IMG/VR virus record: IMGVR_UViG_3300028591_000075
Span: 96,001-160,000 of that record
Length of the DNA stretch: 64,000 nucleotides
Reading direction: 5' to 3' (one strand)
Source: a virus
Taxonomy: Duplodnaviria; Caudoviricetes
A model generated the notes under the pieces. That model did no database searches. It was not told where the DNA came from and saw only the letters and a list, made by a program, of their open reading frames with translations. Below, piece by piece: positions 38,648 through 47,008 of the stretch. Made by a program: the position numbers and the translations under genes. How positions within the stretch are numbered: the first letter of the stretch is position 1; each line of letters starts with the position of its first letter.

Positions 38648-39678
38648 ACATCCTCTATGTAGGTAATGCCACCGGACTTCACGATATCGTTGAAACGCTC
38701 CTTGTCCAGGATTCTGTATCGAATCTTTCGTGACGAGTTTACCGGTGAGCCGTCCCATGCGCTGAAGTAACTGTTGAGATGATACTTGGATATCGGTTCG
38801 CTTACGTTATTTCGCCTCATCATGTCCTCGATGCGGTTCGCCGCATCGTATTCAAGTCTTGGGACTACGAGTGAGTAACCGACACCGTTTCGCCATGGCC
38901 ATGCCAACAAGAGTGCGGTCTGTGGAGCTTCTGGCTTGGGGGGCTGGATTTCCCGCATAATGCCGGATTCAATCATTTCGTCCACGGTAGCATTCGGGAA
39001 TATCTTTCCATGGAGTGTTGACCTTCCTGTAACGAATTTTCCCTTGAAATTGGCATCACTGCATGCGTAGGCCACAATCGGCCTGTTCAGCCATTTGGTG
39101 GCTTTTGGAATTGCCCAACTAAGGTCCTTTTCGGCAACCCTGGATATGGCCGTCTCGCCCGGTTTATAGTCGCGGGCAGCAAGAAGGACTGTCCCGTCGT
39201 TTGCTATGCGGTTGGCCATGCCATTGTTGAGGGTAATCGGCGTATCGTTTACTACCGTGATGCGATAGTCGGATCTTGCGTTGATACGGTCACACCATTC
39301 CTGGAACCTTGGGCCATGGGTCTCCTTTACATCCCTGAGGTCGTCCGAGTAATCGAGATATGCATGTATCATTTCATGGATGAGAACTTCATCCAGCTTC
39401 TTCGGTGTGAAATCATATGCGTCCGAAAGCATGATTTCACATTTGAGTACCTCCGGTACCCCAAAGAAGATTTGAACTCGGCAGCTGCAGTGGCCCAGTG
39501 CCCTGACCCTTTTTGAGAACCCTATCGGTATCATGGCCGGCAGGTTTCCGGCATCTCCTTCAAAGAACTGGTTGCGAAATACCCTATACCGTTCTTCGAT
39601 ATACCCCTTCCCGTATTCGGAGGGGCGTTTGGCTATGCTTGTCTCAACATCCTCGAAAAGTGCGCACTGTACCATCAT
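38644..39678 (-). CDS. SprT-like zinc metalloprotease
   Basis: VLIHEMIHAY...HGPRFQEWCDRIN. Start moved to ATG 39678, just after the late box at 39686-39693. Confidence 0.85.
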   Translation of the reverse strand: MMVQCALFEDVETSIAKRPSEYGKGYIEERYRVFRNQFFEGDAGNLPAMIPIGFSKRVRALGHCSCRVQIFFGVPEVLKCEIMLSDAYDFTPKKLDEVLIHEMIHAYLDYSDDLRDVKETHGPRFQEWCDRINARSDYRITVVNDTPITLNNGMANRIANDGTVLLAARDYKPGETAISRVAEKDLSWAIPKATKWLNRPIVAYACSDANFKGKFVTGRSTLHGKIFPNATVDEMIESGIMREIQPPKPEAPQTALLLAWPWRNGVGYSLVVPRLEYDAANRIEDMMRRNNVSEPISKYHLNSYFSAWDGSPVNSSRKIRYRILDKERFNDIVKSGGITYIEDV

Positions 39679-39685
39679 GTAGAAT

Positions 39686-39756
39686 AGTTTATAGTGGCAA
39701 AATGCACCCTCTGTGCAGTCAATACCTGCGCAAAAACTCATCAACGGCTATAAACT
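39686..39756. promoter_or_regulatory. Divergent late promoter pair
   Basis: TATAAACT on - (39686-39693) and on + (39749-39756). Confidence 0.75.
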
Positions 39757-39780
39757 TACTGGAAAATCGTGGTAAATGGA

Positions 39781-39954
39781 ATGCAGAAAGCAGAAACACA
39801 GAGACTGGTGACGGCACTGTTCAACAACGACGACGCGGAAATCAACCGGATCGTCAGTGCCAGGCTCGAAAGCCAGTTCAAGCGCCGGGTCGAGGAGACC
39901 AGCAAGGCCGTGTTCGAAAGTATGCTGTCTGACCAGGAGCCTCAGTTTGGGTAA
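39781..39954 (+). CDS. Small prohead core protein (gp67-like)
   Basis: Immediately before the prohead protease; helical; RLES and VFES sites. Confidence 0.55.
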   Translation: MQKAETQRLVTALFNNDDAEINRIVSARLESQFKRRVEETSKAVFESMLSDQEPQFG

Positions 39955-39971
39955 TTCAGGGGAGTCGAAAA

Positions 39972-40712
39972 ATGGGTGCAATAACTAACAATATGGGCAT
40001 TTTCGAGACACCGGTGTTTGAGGGATCCACCTCTCATATCGGTGAACGTATCGGCCTTGATGGCAAGCCCGTCAAGCGCCTGATTATCGAAGGTACCGCC
40101 ATCGTCTGTGGAGTGGTCGGTATTAACGGGCGTGACTACCCCCGCGAAATCATCGCCAGGGAAGTCGAACGCCTGAACCGTGACTATGTTGCCTACGGTC
40201 GTCTCGCTGCGGAACTCAACCATCCGCGTCTGGACGAGGAAGGCAAGCCCCGCGACTACCCGATTTTTGAAATGAACTTGAAGAAGACCTGCGCCGTCAT
40301 TGAGGACCTTCACATGGAAGGTGACAAGCTCAAATGCCGCATGGTTGTTGCTGAGGATACTGATGCTGGACACGACTTGGCTGGCCTCATCAAGATTGGC
40401 TATCATCCTGGCTATTCTCTCCGTGGCGCAGGTGATACGGTCAAGAAGGTGAATGCGGTCACTCGCGAAGAATACGAGCAGATTGCCGACAACTACACGA
40501 TGATTACCGTTGATGTAGTTGGCAACCCGAGCTTCGGACAGAGCGCAATCTTCAATGCGAAGCGCGAATCTGTCGAAAAGCCGATTAAAGTCCTCACCGA
40601 ATCAATCAATTCGCTGCGCCGTGAAGTGGCATACAACAGGACCCTGATATCCACCGGGTATCGCAGCTATAACCGTGAATCGCTCATTGGGTACCTGAGC
40701 CAGATGAGATAG
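39972..40712 (+). CDS. gp21: Prohead protease (T4 gp21-like)
   Basis: NGRDYPREI, AELNHP (catalytic His), GYSLRGAG (Ser), VDVVGNPS. Confidence 0.92.
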   Translation: MGAITNNMGIFETPVFEGSTSHIGERIGLDGKPVKRLIIEGTAIVCGVVGINGRDYPREIIAREVERLNRDYVAYGRLAAELNHPRLDEEGKPRDYPIFEMNLKKTCAVIEDLHMEGDKLKCRMVVAEDTDAGHDLAGLIKIGYHPGYSLRGAGDTVKKVNAVTREEYEQIADNYTMITVDVVGNPSFGQSAIFNAKRESVEKPIKVLTESINSLRREVAYNRTLISTGYRSYNRESLIGYLSQMR

Positions 40713-40719
40713 GGATAAT

Positions 40720-41607
40720 ATGGTGCTGGAAAAGATATTGACAGAAGCTGAGATTGGCTCATTGCCAGAAGGTATTGCAGCCAAAATCGAGTCGGACTAC
40801 CAGTCGAGGTTGGAGGCCGGTGTCAAGGCAGAATCTAAAAAGACTGCCGAGAAGTTCTCCAAATTACTTGAATCCGTTAACAACAAAGTTGAAGATAAAA
40901 TCAACGCCGCAGTAGAGTCGTGCATGGCAAACATGCAGACCGATGCTATCAATACCAAGATGTATGCGGCTTTGAAAGGCGTTGCCGCTATTCTTGAAAA
41001 CTCTCTTGGTGTTGACGGATTTGGTGATACACAGACTGTTAAGGACTTGAAGCGTGAATTGGCCAAGGTCAATCTTGAATTGAAAGAGAATTACATCAAG
41101 CATGAGGAACTTACTGACCGTCTCAATAAGGCCAATGCTGAAAAGAAAGTTCTCAATCTTTGCCAGGGTCTTGACCCCAATACGGTCAACAATGTCCTCG
41201 ACCATTTCCGTGGTCATGATGAACGTGAAATCACCAAGGAAACTGTCACTGCATTCATCAACTCTCATCTCATCGATGACCAGAATGGTTTTGTCCTCGA
41301 TGTCGATCCTGATCCGAACGATATCAACATGGACAAGATCCGCAATGCCATCAAGGATGCCGACGATTTCCAGTTGGACTTCAATGGTAACGATGACCCT
41401 GTCCAGCAGAAGCAGACAGCCGCACAGCGCAACTTTGTCGAATCTGTTGGCCGTGGCCTGAAACCGCAGAAAATCGGGCTCCAGGGCACGACTGTCACTC
41501 TCGAATCCATTCGTGAGGAGAATGCCGAACCGGCTGATGACGTTGGACTTGCCATGAAGCAGATGGCTGCCTACGACGAACTGGGCATCGGTGGCCGTTT
41601 CGGGTAG
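40720..41607 (+). CDS. gp22: Prohead core scaffold (T4 gp22-like)
   Basis: Coiled-coil protein after gp21 with many x-x-E-(S/A) sites (LTEA, LLES, AVES, FVES, TLES). Confidence 0.7.
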   Translation: MVLEKILTEAEIGSLPEGIAAKIESDYQSRLEAGVKAESKKTAEKFSKLLESVNNKVEDKINAAVESCMANMQTDAINTKMYAALKGVAAILENSLGVDGFGDTQTVKDLKRELAKVNLELKENYIKHEELTDRLNKANAEKKVLNLCQGLDPNTVNNVLDHFRGHDEREITKETVTAFINSHLIDDQNGFVLDVDPDPNDINMDKIRNAIKDADDFQLDFNGNDDPVQQKQTAAQRNFVESVGRGLKPQKIGLQGTTVTLESIREENAEPADDVGLAMKQMAAYDELGIGGRFG

Positions 41608-41634
41608 TCAACAGTGTCATAAATTGACAAACAT

Positions 41635-41660
41635 AGGCGGCATTCGTGCCGCCTTTCTTG
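41635..41660 (+). terminator. Intrinsic terminator
   Basis: AGGCGGCA-TTCG-TGCCGCCT-TTCTTG. Confidence 0.8.
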
Positions 41661-41738
41661 TTTTGTAACAAAGAGATAGTTTTACCCTGGATACGGTACC
41701 GTCCTCGGTGACGGCTATAAACTGTAGAAGAGGTATTT

Positions 41739-42311
41739 ATGCGTTCTCAGAGAGATTACAACCAGCCGCAGCAACAACCCGGTCTCGTTATTCCGGGAAT
41801 GGGTCCCGGTTCCATGCCACCGGCACAGCCAGGTTTCCCTCCCCAGCAAATGACGATGCCCGGTGGAAATTATGCGCCAAATCCTTACCCATACAACCAG
41901 ATGGGTGCTGAATTTGGTGGCCCTGGGTATGTGCAGGGGAACTTCCCTCAACAGCAACAGCAGCCGAACCAGGGTGGGTGGGTTTCTCCGGGCTACCGAG
42001 ATCCTAATTCCATTTCTGATGTGATGGACGCTGCTCAGGCCGATGCGGCCGTGGACAAGTATGATGCCCTCATCAACCAGTTGAACGGTATCGACCCTGA
42101 ACTTTCCGAAGTCCGGGCCGGCGGTGCTGTCGTCACGAAGAGTGTCGATGCCACTTACCATGAAATGCTTCGTGTCATCAAGCTTCTGGAATTCCCGGAA
42201 GAATGGATTCCCCCTACACGTGCAAAGTACGTCGAGACCGTTCGTGCCGGTGGTAAGCCAATTGTTGACAAGTTGAAGAACTATGCAGCCCAGATTGCCA
42301 AACTGAGGTAA
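41739..42311 (+). CDS. Late protein with a Q/P/G/Y/N-rich low-complexity N-terminal half
   Basis: TATAAACT at 41716; GAGG SD. Confidence 0.75.
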   Translation: MRSQRDYNQPQQQPGLVIPGMGPGSMPPAQPGFPPQQMTMPGGNYAPNPYPYNQMGAEFGGPGYVQGNFPQQQQQPNQGGWVSPGYRDPNSISDVMDAAQADAAVDKYDALINQLNGIDPELSEVRAGGAVVTKSVDATYHEMLRVIKLLEFPEEWIPPTRAKYVETVRAGGKPIVDKLKNYAAQIAKLR

Positions 42312-42316
42312 ACTTA

Positions 42317-44722
42317 ATGTTCGGCCTTACCCCGCGTGTATTCAATGTCAAGTCGTTTGCCCAGGTGGGCATTCTTACTGTGCTGGATGAAAATATTGGC
42401 ATCACCATAACCGGTGCCGGTATCGATTCCGATGACCCCGAAATCTATGAACGGTTTGAGGTGGAATACCTGCCCAGGTATGGCGGAATTGACGAATCGT
42501 GGAACGTAGTGTGGAAAGGCGAGGAAACCGTCTCCGGCATGATCCGGTACGAGGTCCCCGTCTATATTGAATTTACCAATAAGTATGGCGAGCACGGCAA
42601 CTGGAAGGGAACCTTTGCCGTCTATGGCAAGGGCAGTGATGTCAAGAAGCCCGTCGTACAATACATCGATAACATCGCAACAAAGGTCGGCACGACTGAA
42701 TATGTCACCATTTATGGTCATGACTTCAACGACGACCTGATTGTGTTTCTCGACAAGCCGGATGGTACGTGCGTTTCCCTTTCCGGCAAGGATTTATATC
42801 GCACCTATGGCGAAGATGGGGAATATGATACCATTTCATTCATATTCGGCAAGCCATTCGTTGCACTGGATTCTACCTGTTCCGAAATTTGCGGCACCTA
42901 TGCGGTGAACCTTGGCTATGGAGAATGTGGCGCCAACAGTATCGAAGCTGGTTCCGCCGATTTTTCGACTGCTTGGAACAATAACCTGTATCTCATCAGG
43001 TATCGGTTTGACAGCGAAAGCAAGGAATTGAGCGAGCAGACGCCTGGCGGCATGATGGCTACGGTTGATCCGAAGTGCTTCTACTCAACCGAAATTGAAC
43101 TGGTCAAGGATGACTATGACTCCGACAGCAAGACACCGTCAAGTGGCGGAGTGACCAGCTCCCTAGGAAGCAACATCTATTTCCGCATCAAGCCAGATAC
43201 GGATTGCTCCAAGCTCGCATATTACCGAGTGAAACTCAAATACTCCCACAACCTCCCAAAGAAGTCCGGTGAACTGACGCTTGATGGTGTTGCGTTATCC
43301 GAAGGCGACCTGGTGTGGTTGGATAAGCAGTTTGATGGCAGCAACGGCCTCTGGATTGTTCAAAGCGGGGAATGGATTGGTCTTAAATCCTATCTTGATG
43401 GGCAGGCCGGATATGACGAGTATTACAACCCGTGCCAGCGCCCTGAACAGGAGCCGCTTCCGGTTGACTCCAACATCATCGCGGATCTCGGTGTCCATGT
43501 AAAGGACAAGGTTACTGTCGCATGCGACAGCGATGTGCCCACCGAGAAACGCTATGGTACCCAGAAGATATGCAATACGATCGTACGACCGGGTGACACG
43601 GTTCTTTTGACCAATCAGAGTGATGGCACTAACGGTGTGTGGGAAGTGACATGTGCCGAATGGATACAGCGTTCCGATACCATTCCTTCACACAGTGGCA
43701 CCACAATTTCGGGTGATGATTTTGTAGTGGTGCAGAATGATATCGATTTTTGTACTTGTGAACATAATGGCAAGAATATCTTCCACATCTGGTACTACTA
43801 TTTGAACGGTGCATGCTATTTGGCCCGTGCAACCCGTACTGTCAAGATTACATGCGGCTTGAAGGGCAGCCTGTTCCCGTCCCAGGGAGTGGACGTTACT
43901 GATTATAAGATTTCAGCCGATGCCGACCCGGACCTTGTCAAGGACACCCGCCGCACCGCCGGCGATCCGGTCAGGGAAACCTGTATGGAGGAAGTGGAGA
44001 ACTATGATGCCGACCACCGCGTGGACATCAAGGATGACAGGTTCGGGTGTGGGGATGAAGTCATAGTCGCTCCGAATGGCATGAAGATTTGCCGTTGCAA
44101 GCATGTGTACAATGTGGATAATGAAACGGCCTTCTCGTCAAGGGACCGCAACGGATTCAGTATCGTATTCTGGCAATATGATGAAAGTGACGAGCGTTGG
44201 CATCTGTATGCCTACATCGGCGCCGGTCGCTACGATATTGGAATGAATTACTATGTGTACCATATCTGCACCAGCGGCATTGCCGGTGAAGAGAATGTGG
44301 ACGAAAATGTCGAAATCATTCCCATTGGCGAAGATGGGAAACCCGCTACCGAGACGACCAAAGATGCCTGGTTCATCAACCACGGCGGAAAGCTGGCTAC
44401 CGGTTTCGGGCTGTTCGACGATACATGGAATTTCAAGATGGTCGATCCTGAAACCGATGAGGTTTCGTACACCCATGTACTCAACCAGAAGACGCTTTAT
44501 TCCAGCTGGGCTATCAAGTGCACCACGACCATGTGTAGCGCCAGGGTCTATACCGACACCTCTATTCTGAGAACAACCTGCGCCGATATGGCCGATGCGG
44601 AGAAGACCGGTTCGGTCATGTCCGAAGCGTTTCCGACACCGGACACCTGGGGTTTCAAGTTCTATAACGAAGCCCTCTCCAAGGGGCGCCTGTGCAACAT
44701 TTGGAACTCTATGCCACATTAG
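42317..44722 (+). CDS. Cys-rich virion structural or decoration protein
   Basis: Two copies of the phage structural motif (T)xDGVxLxxGDxVLLxxQxDGxNGxWxVxxxxW. Confidence 0.7.
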   Translation: MFGLTPRVFNVKSFAQVGILTVLDENIGITITGAGIDSDDPEIYERFEVEYLPRYGGIDESWNVVWKGEETVSGMIRYEVPVYIEFTNKYGEHGNWKGTFAVYGKGSDVKKPVVQYIDNIATKVGTTEYVTIYGHDFNDDLIVFLDKPDGTCVSLSGKDLYRTYGEDGEYDTISFIFGKPFVALDSTCSEICGTYAVNLGYGECGANSIEAGSADFSTAWNNNLYLIRYRFDSESKELSEQTPGGMMATVDPKCFYSTEIELVKDDYDSDSKTPSSGGVTSSLGSNIYFRIKPDTDCSKLAYYRVKLKYSHNLPKKSGELTLDGVALSEGDLVWLDKQFDGSNGLWIVQSGEWIGLKSYLDGQAGYDEYYNPCQRPEQEPLPVDSNIIADLGVHVKDKVTVACDSDVPTEKRYGTQKICNTIVRPGDTVLLTNQSDGTNGVWEVTCAEWIQRSDTIPSHSGTTISGDDFVVVQNDIDFCTCEHNGKNIFHIWYYYLNGACYLARATRTVKITCGLKGSLFPSQGVDVTDYKISADADPDLVKDTRRTAGDPVRETCMEEVENYDADHRVDIKDDRFGCGDEVIVAPNGMKICRCKHVYNVDNETAFSSRDRNGFSIVFWQYDESDERWHLYAYIGAGRYDIGMNYYVYHICTSGIAGEENVDENVEIIPIGEDGKPATETTKDAWFINHGGKLATGFGLFDDTWNFKMVDPETDEVSYTHVLNQKTLYSSWAIKCTTTMCSARVYTDTSILRTTCADMADAEKTGSVMSEAFPTPDTWGFKFYNEALSKGRLCNIWNSMPH

Positions 44723-44737
44723 GGAATAGTTTTCCCT

Positions 44738-45484
44738 ATGGATAGAAGTCAAAGGATTTTTACAATGAGCCAAGATAACAAGGTTACGCACTACTCATCC
44801 AAGGTAAAGGCAAGCATGCCCGCGAAGATGCAGCCGGAATTTGATGAGAATGGAAACCAGACCGAACTCTCCATGCTTTATGGCACAATCGACAAGGCAT
44901 ATCTCACGAAACTCCTTGTCGAACACCGCGAGAAGATGCTCCCGTACAAGGCCCTTTGCAAGGAAGTCGGCAAGGAAAAGGCGAAGGAAATTCCTCGCCC
45001 GGTGATGGATCCGCGTCTTGCCAGGATTATCCAGATTGTCATCGAGAAGACTTTGGGTTCCGCCCGTTTCTCGGGATATACTCCGGAATGGAAGGAAGAG
45101 TTCAGAGGCCATGCCTTGCTTCTTGCCTTGAACTACATCCACAACTATGACCCGTCCAAGACGAAGACGGCAAAGAGTAACGACCCGTACAACTACATCC
45201 GCCGCTGCGTGAAGTGCGCGTTCTTCCAGAAGTGGGAGATGCTCAACAAGCGCAGCGAGATGGTCCAGTTCGTTCCGCTTGACGAGGGCATCTTGCACTC
45301 CTGCATCGCGTTCGACCAGTATGCCGGCATGGTGAAGCGCGAGAAACAGCGTCGCCACTGGGGCGCATCCGCGAATGCTGGTCTTACCGGGGACACAATC
45401 GACGAGGCTATCCAGAAGGTCGAGAGGCTGGACAAGGCTGTCGAAGACGACAATGTCCTTCCCGAAGATATGGAACAGTTATAA
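44738..45484 (+). CDS. gp55: Late-transcription sigma factor (T4 gp55-like)
   Basis: IDKAYL, RFSGYTPEWKEEF, YIHNYDPSK..SNDPYNYI..CAFFQ. Confidence 0.85.
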   Translation: MDRSQRIFTMSQDNKVTHYSSKVKASMPAKMQPEFDENGNQTELSMLYGTIDKAYLTKLLVEHREKMLPYKALCKEVGKEKAKEIPRPVMDPRLARIIQIVIEKTLGSARFSGYTPEWKEEFRGHALLLALNYIHNYDPSKTKTAKSNDPYNYIRRCVKCAFFQKWEMLNKRSEMVQFVPLDEGILHSCIAFDQYAGMVKREKQRRHWGASANAGLTGDTIDEAIQKVERLDKAVEDDNVLPEDMEQL

Positions 45485-45521
45485 ACTTACGACGTAAAGA
45501 TTTAGCTTCGTAGGTGTCCAA

Positions 45522-46001
45522 ATGGGAATCAGAGTAAACAACGGTGATGCAGTAGGGATGATTGGTAACAATTTCGATACCCATCCGGACTATCGTCATG
45601 ACCTCTTCTTGCAGGTCCAGCAGCTGGCGCGTGGTGTCGGTGACGTTACTAGCGGGAAGGCCGACGAGTTCCTTGAACGTGCCTACGAGCAGAACTGGTG
45701 GCACACCGAGGACAAGCTGGCCGAGGTGCAGGACAAGTTCCAGGAAGATGACATGATCAACAATACTCCGGGGCGCGGTTCCAAGAACTATCGCCGCATG
45801 GAGTACGACATCATCAAGAACCCCAATGGCAAGGGTGCCGAACCTGACCGCAAGGCCGCCGAGGAAAAGGGCCTCCTCACCAAGGAGGAACTGCTTGAAC
45901 GTCTCAAATCCAAGAAGTGGACGCTCTGCACGACCGCAAGTGCCGTCAGCAGCACCCCGATTACCCAGAAGGATTACGACGGCCAAATTAAGCTCCGCTA
46001 A
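45522..46001 (+). CDS. Hypothetical late protein
   Basis: TATAAACT at 45480. Confidence 0.75.
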   Translation: MGIRVNNGDAVGMIGNNFDTHPDYRHDLFLQVQQLARGVGDVTSGKADEFLERAYEQNWWHTEDKLAEVQDKFQEDDMINNTPGRGSKNYRRMEYDIIKNPNGKGAEPDRKAAEEKGLLTKEELLERLKSKKWTLCTTASAVSSTPITQKDYDGQIKLR

Positions 46002-46066
46002 GTTTCAACTTGAAACAATTCATGAAAAAGTGTCGATTTTATTCAAAAATCGGCACTTTTTATAAT

Positions 46067-46082
46067 TGGCACGCATTTTGCA
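46067..46082 (+). promoter_or_regulatory. Sigma54 (-24/-12) promoter
   Basis: TGGCACG-CATT-TTGCA, an exact match to TGGCACG-N4-TTGCW; upstream inverted repeats at 46002-46016 and 46025-46061. Confidence 0.7.
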
Positions 46083-46126
46083 ATAGGAACAATGAAAAAA
46101 CAAAAGGATTAACAAAGGAGTTAATA

Positions 46127-46513
46127 ATGTCCAAAGAATTAAGTATTTTCCCGTTTGGTTCTTTCTTCGGTAGGGGCTTCGGTGACTGGATGAACGAAAT
46201 CGCTGACAATGGTGCCGTTGGCAACATCGCCTGCTACAAGTCCGAGACCGAGACCGGGACCACGTTCATGTTTGATGTGCCGGGTGTCCAGAAGGATGCC
46301 ATTGACATCGGGTTCGATGACAACGGTCGCATCTTGACCGTAAGCGCCGTGCGTAAGTTCGACGATACCGAGGTGAAGATGAAGGCTCGCGTTGCGGTTC
46401 CCGAAAAGGCCGACTCGACCGGCGATGTCAAGTGCGCGTTGAAGGATGGTGTGTTGACCGTTACGGTCCCGTTGAAGAAGGAATCCCAGCCCCGCAAGCT
46501 GATGATTGAATAA
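46127..46513 (+). CDS. Small heat-shock protein (Hsp20/alpha-crystallin)
   Basis: DVPGVQKDAIDI, LTVSAVR, ALKDGVLTVTVPLK, PRKLMIE; AAGGAG SD. Confidence 0.9.
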   Translation: MSKELSIFPFGSFFGRGFGDWMNEIADNGAVGNIACYKSETETGTTFMFDVPGVQKDAIDIGFDDNGRILTVSAVRKFDDTEVKMKARVAVPEKADSTGDVKCALKDGVLTVTVPLKKESQPRKLMIE

Positions 46514-46532
46514 TCTTCTGGCGAACAATTAT

Positions 46533-46558
46533 GGCCGTCCATCCGGGCGGCCTTTTTT
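46533..46558 (+). terminator. Intrinsic terminator
   Basis: GGCCGTCC-ATCC-GGGCGGCC-TTTTTT. Confidence 0.8.
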
Positions 46559-46564
46559 ATTTAC

Positions 46565-46945
46565 TTAGGAATTTGCGTACTTTTCGAGCTTTTGTTTCAG
46601 TCTTGCTTTCAGAGGCGCCTTATCGACCTGTTCAATGGCCTCGCGGAGTGCCTGAACGAAGTCCTTCTTGGGGGTATTCCCGCGTGCTTCTTCGATGACT
46701 TGCATCGGGGTCTTTTCCTTTTCTTCCTGTTTCGGGGCTTCCTGGGTTTCCTGCTTCGGTTCTTCTTTCTTCTCGTCTTCCAGGCCGTACTTGCAGTGGC
46801 CGTTGCAGTCGGGATCGCCGCAGGGGCAGTCGCCGGTTGCTTCGATAATCACCGTCTTCATGCCGGTGATGACACTTTCCAGTACGACACGGTCCTTGAT
46901 CGATGCCTTTGCTTCCTTAAAATACCTATCAAGTTCTTCTTTCAT
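46565..46945 (-). CDS. Late protein with the shared leader and a CPCGDPDCNGHC motif
   Basis: TATAAGTC at 46964-46971; DRVVLESVITGMKTVIIEA. Confidence 0.75.
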   Translation of the reverse strand: MKEELDRYFKEAKASIKDRVVLESVITGMKTVIIEATGDCPCGDPDCNGHCKYGLEDEKKEEPKQETQEAPKQEEKEKTPMQVIEEARGNTPKKDFVQALREAIEQVDKAPLKARLKQKLEKYANS

Positions 46946-47008
46946 CGGGGATACCTCGCCATAGACTTATAGGTTCGACCCGCTAAAACATATAAATCTA
47001 TCGCTGAA

